Under the pieces are notes generated by a model, which had not been told where the DNA came from, did not search any database, and was given only the letters and a program-made list of their open reading frames with translations. From positions 1,153,691 to 1,217,690 of the forward strand of contig WELB01000016.1 of assembly GCA_009602725.1 (NCBI GenBank): a stretch of 64,000 bases of DNA. The letters are read 5' to 3'. The position numbers and the translations under genes were made by a program. This DNA is from Spirogloea muscicola. Its lineage: Eukaryota. Within the stretch, counting starts at the first letter, position 1. Each line of letters begins with the position of its first letter. Of the stretch, positions 62,625-64,000 are shown piece after piece.

Positions 62625-64000
62625 CCTCCGGCCCCCAGCGGAGGCAACCTCTTGCCCGCCTGTTGAGCTCCGCTGCCGGCTCTGCCGGCGGCGATGTGCC
62701 AACAAGGTGGGTTTGAGCTCGCACGAGCGGGCCTGCGTGCGTTTGGCTAACAGAGAGGCGCAGCAGGCAGAGGCATCCGCCACCGCTCGGGCTCGCAGAG
62801 CCCCTACAAGAGGGGCGATGCCACCACCACCACCAGGGCCTACGGCAGAACACTGGCGGTGGGCGGAGAGCGTGGACGTCTCCGAGATCCTGCGGACGAC
62901 CAACGCGCAGCTCCTACGACACATCCCGTATTGGGCCCGGCCCCACATACGGAGAGCCCTTCGGCCCCTCCTGACACGTCTGGCTCGTGACAGCGAGGAT
63001 GAGGCTGCATGGGCTGTGTTTGTGTTGTTTCCGCGACTCTTGCTTGGTCGCCTGCCGCAGGGGAAGGCAGGTCGCACGGAGCTGCTGTTGCGCCTCCACC
63101 TGTTTGAAGGTGGAGAGTGGCAGCTGCTACTTGCAAAGCACCAAGCGGCTGCGCAACTTGCGCAAGCCAACTATCGGCCCACCACGTCGGAATCCGATAT
63201 TAAGGAGGCGGGCAAACGACGTGCCATCCGATATGGGCGAGCCGGCGACCTTGGCAGGGCTGCCCAAGCCTTGGAGCCCTCAACACCAGCACCGCATGAT
63301 GCGGCAACCTTGGCCGCACTCGAGCAGCTCCATCCTTCGGCCCCGCGAAGATTAGATACATGGATGGAGAGCTTCATGCCTGCTGAACCGGTGGACCTGG
63401 ACCCGGCTGTCTTCCGTCGGGCGATTGTGAGTAGCCGCAAGGCAGTCGCCGGGGGTCCATCTGGCATGCTCTTTGAGCACTTGCGGGAGTTATATGGGGA
63501 GGAGGACTCGGAGGATTTCGATCTGTTGCATAGGGTCGCGCAACATGTTGCGCGTGGGCACCTCACCCATCGTGTAGGCGCAGTCCTCTGCACAAGCAAT
63601 CTCATTGCTTTGCAGAAGGACAACGGCGGAGTGCGTCCTATCTCGATGGGGGAGGTTCTGGCGCGCCTTGTGGGGCGCACCCTAATCATGCAGATCCAGG
63701 ACGATGCCCAGGCGCACTTCCATCCCCACCAGTTTGGGGCTGGGATGCGTGCTGGCGCTGAGACCCTGGTGCACGGGGTACGAGCGGCACTGGATGTAAA
63801 CCCCCATTGGCTGGCCCTGAGCGTGGACGTACAGAACGCCTTCAACTCCGTGGATCGGCAGGTTATCGCCGAGGAGCTAAGGCAGTACTTTCCCACCCTC
63901 CTCCCTCACTTCCGCTGCATGTATGGCTCGCCATCTGCATTGTTGTGGGGGGCAGGGACTTCTTTGGCTGTTTTGCAGTCAAAGACGGGGACACGTCAAG
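62625..64000 (+). mobile_element. Second subfamily A copy, 5'-truncated, running off the window
   Basis: Closely matches 46910-48288. The frame appears open, with one in-frame 3-nt indel near 63500. Confidence 0.94.

Overview
Eukaryotic nuclear DNA from a draft assembly (three long N gaps, single Ns at 4148 and 23819). The organism is inferred to be a streptophyte green alga or early land plant, from its plant-type LRR exons and the gene order in its mitochondrial insertions. The window is dominated by one clade of single-ORF non-LTR retrotransposons with a restriction-like endonuclease (RLE), CRE-clade-like. There is one apparently intact copy (ORF 45998-50074: zinc finger, RT YADD, CCHC, RLE), a second copy running off the right end, and dozens of 5'-truncated 3' ends from at least five subfamilies (my labels A-E). 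These share a C-terminal ...D-[LF]-x-x-L-[ST]-R-[GT]-Y* motif, and most share a GGCTG-loop-CAGCC 3'UTR hairpin. Also present: two paralogous multi-exon genes for secreted LRR + Cys-rich proteins (the second probably decayed), a frameshifted secreted-protein gene, a deleted Ty1/Copia element with a tRNA-half-type PBS, a related solo LTR with a 5-bp TSD, Ty3/Gypsy remnants (gag; integrase-PHD), a foldback element, and two mitochondrial insertions (atp4-cox1; nad3-trnV-trnD-trnS-trnA). The top lead is that the tRNA-cluster insertion is fused, in sense and within a few bases of the trnA 3' end, to a retroelement 3' tail. That suggests retrotransposon-mediated capture of a mitochondrial polycistronic RNA. 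All calls were made by eye; no searches or alignments were run.
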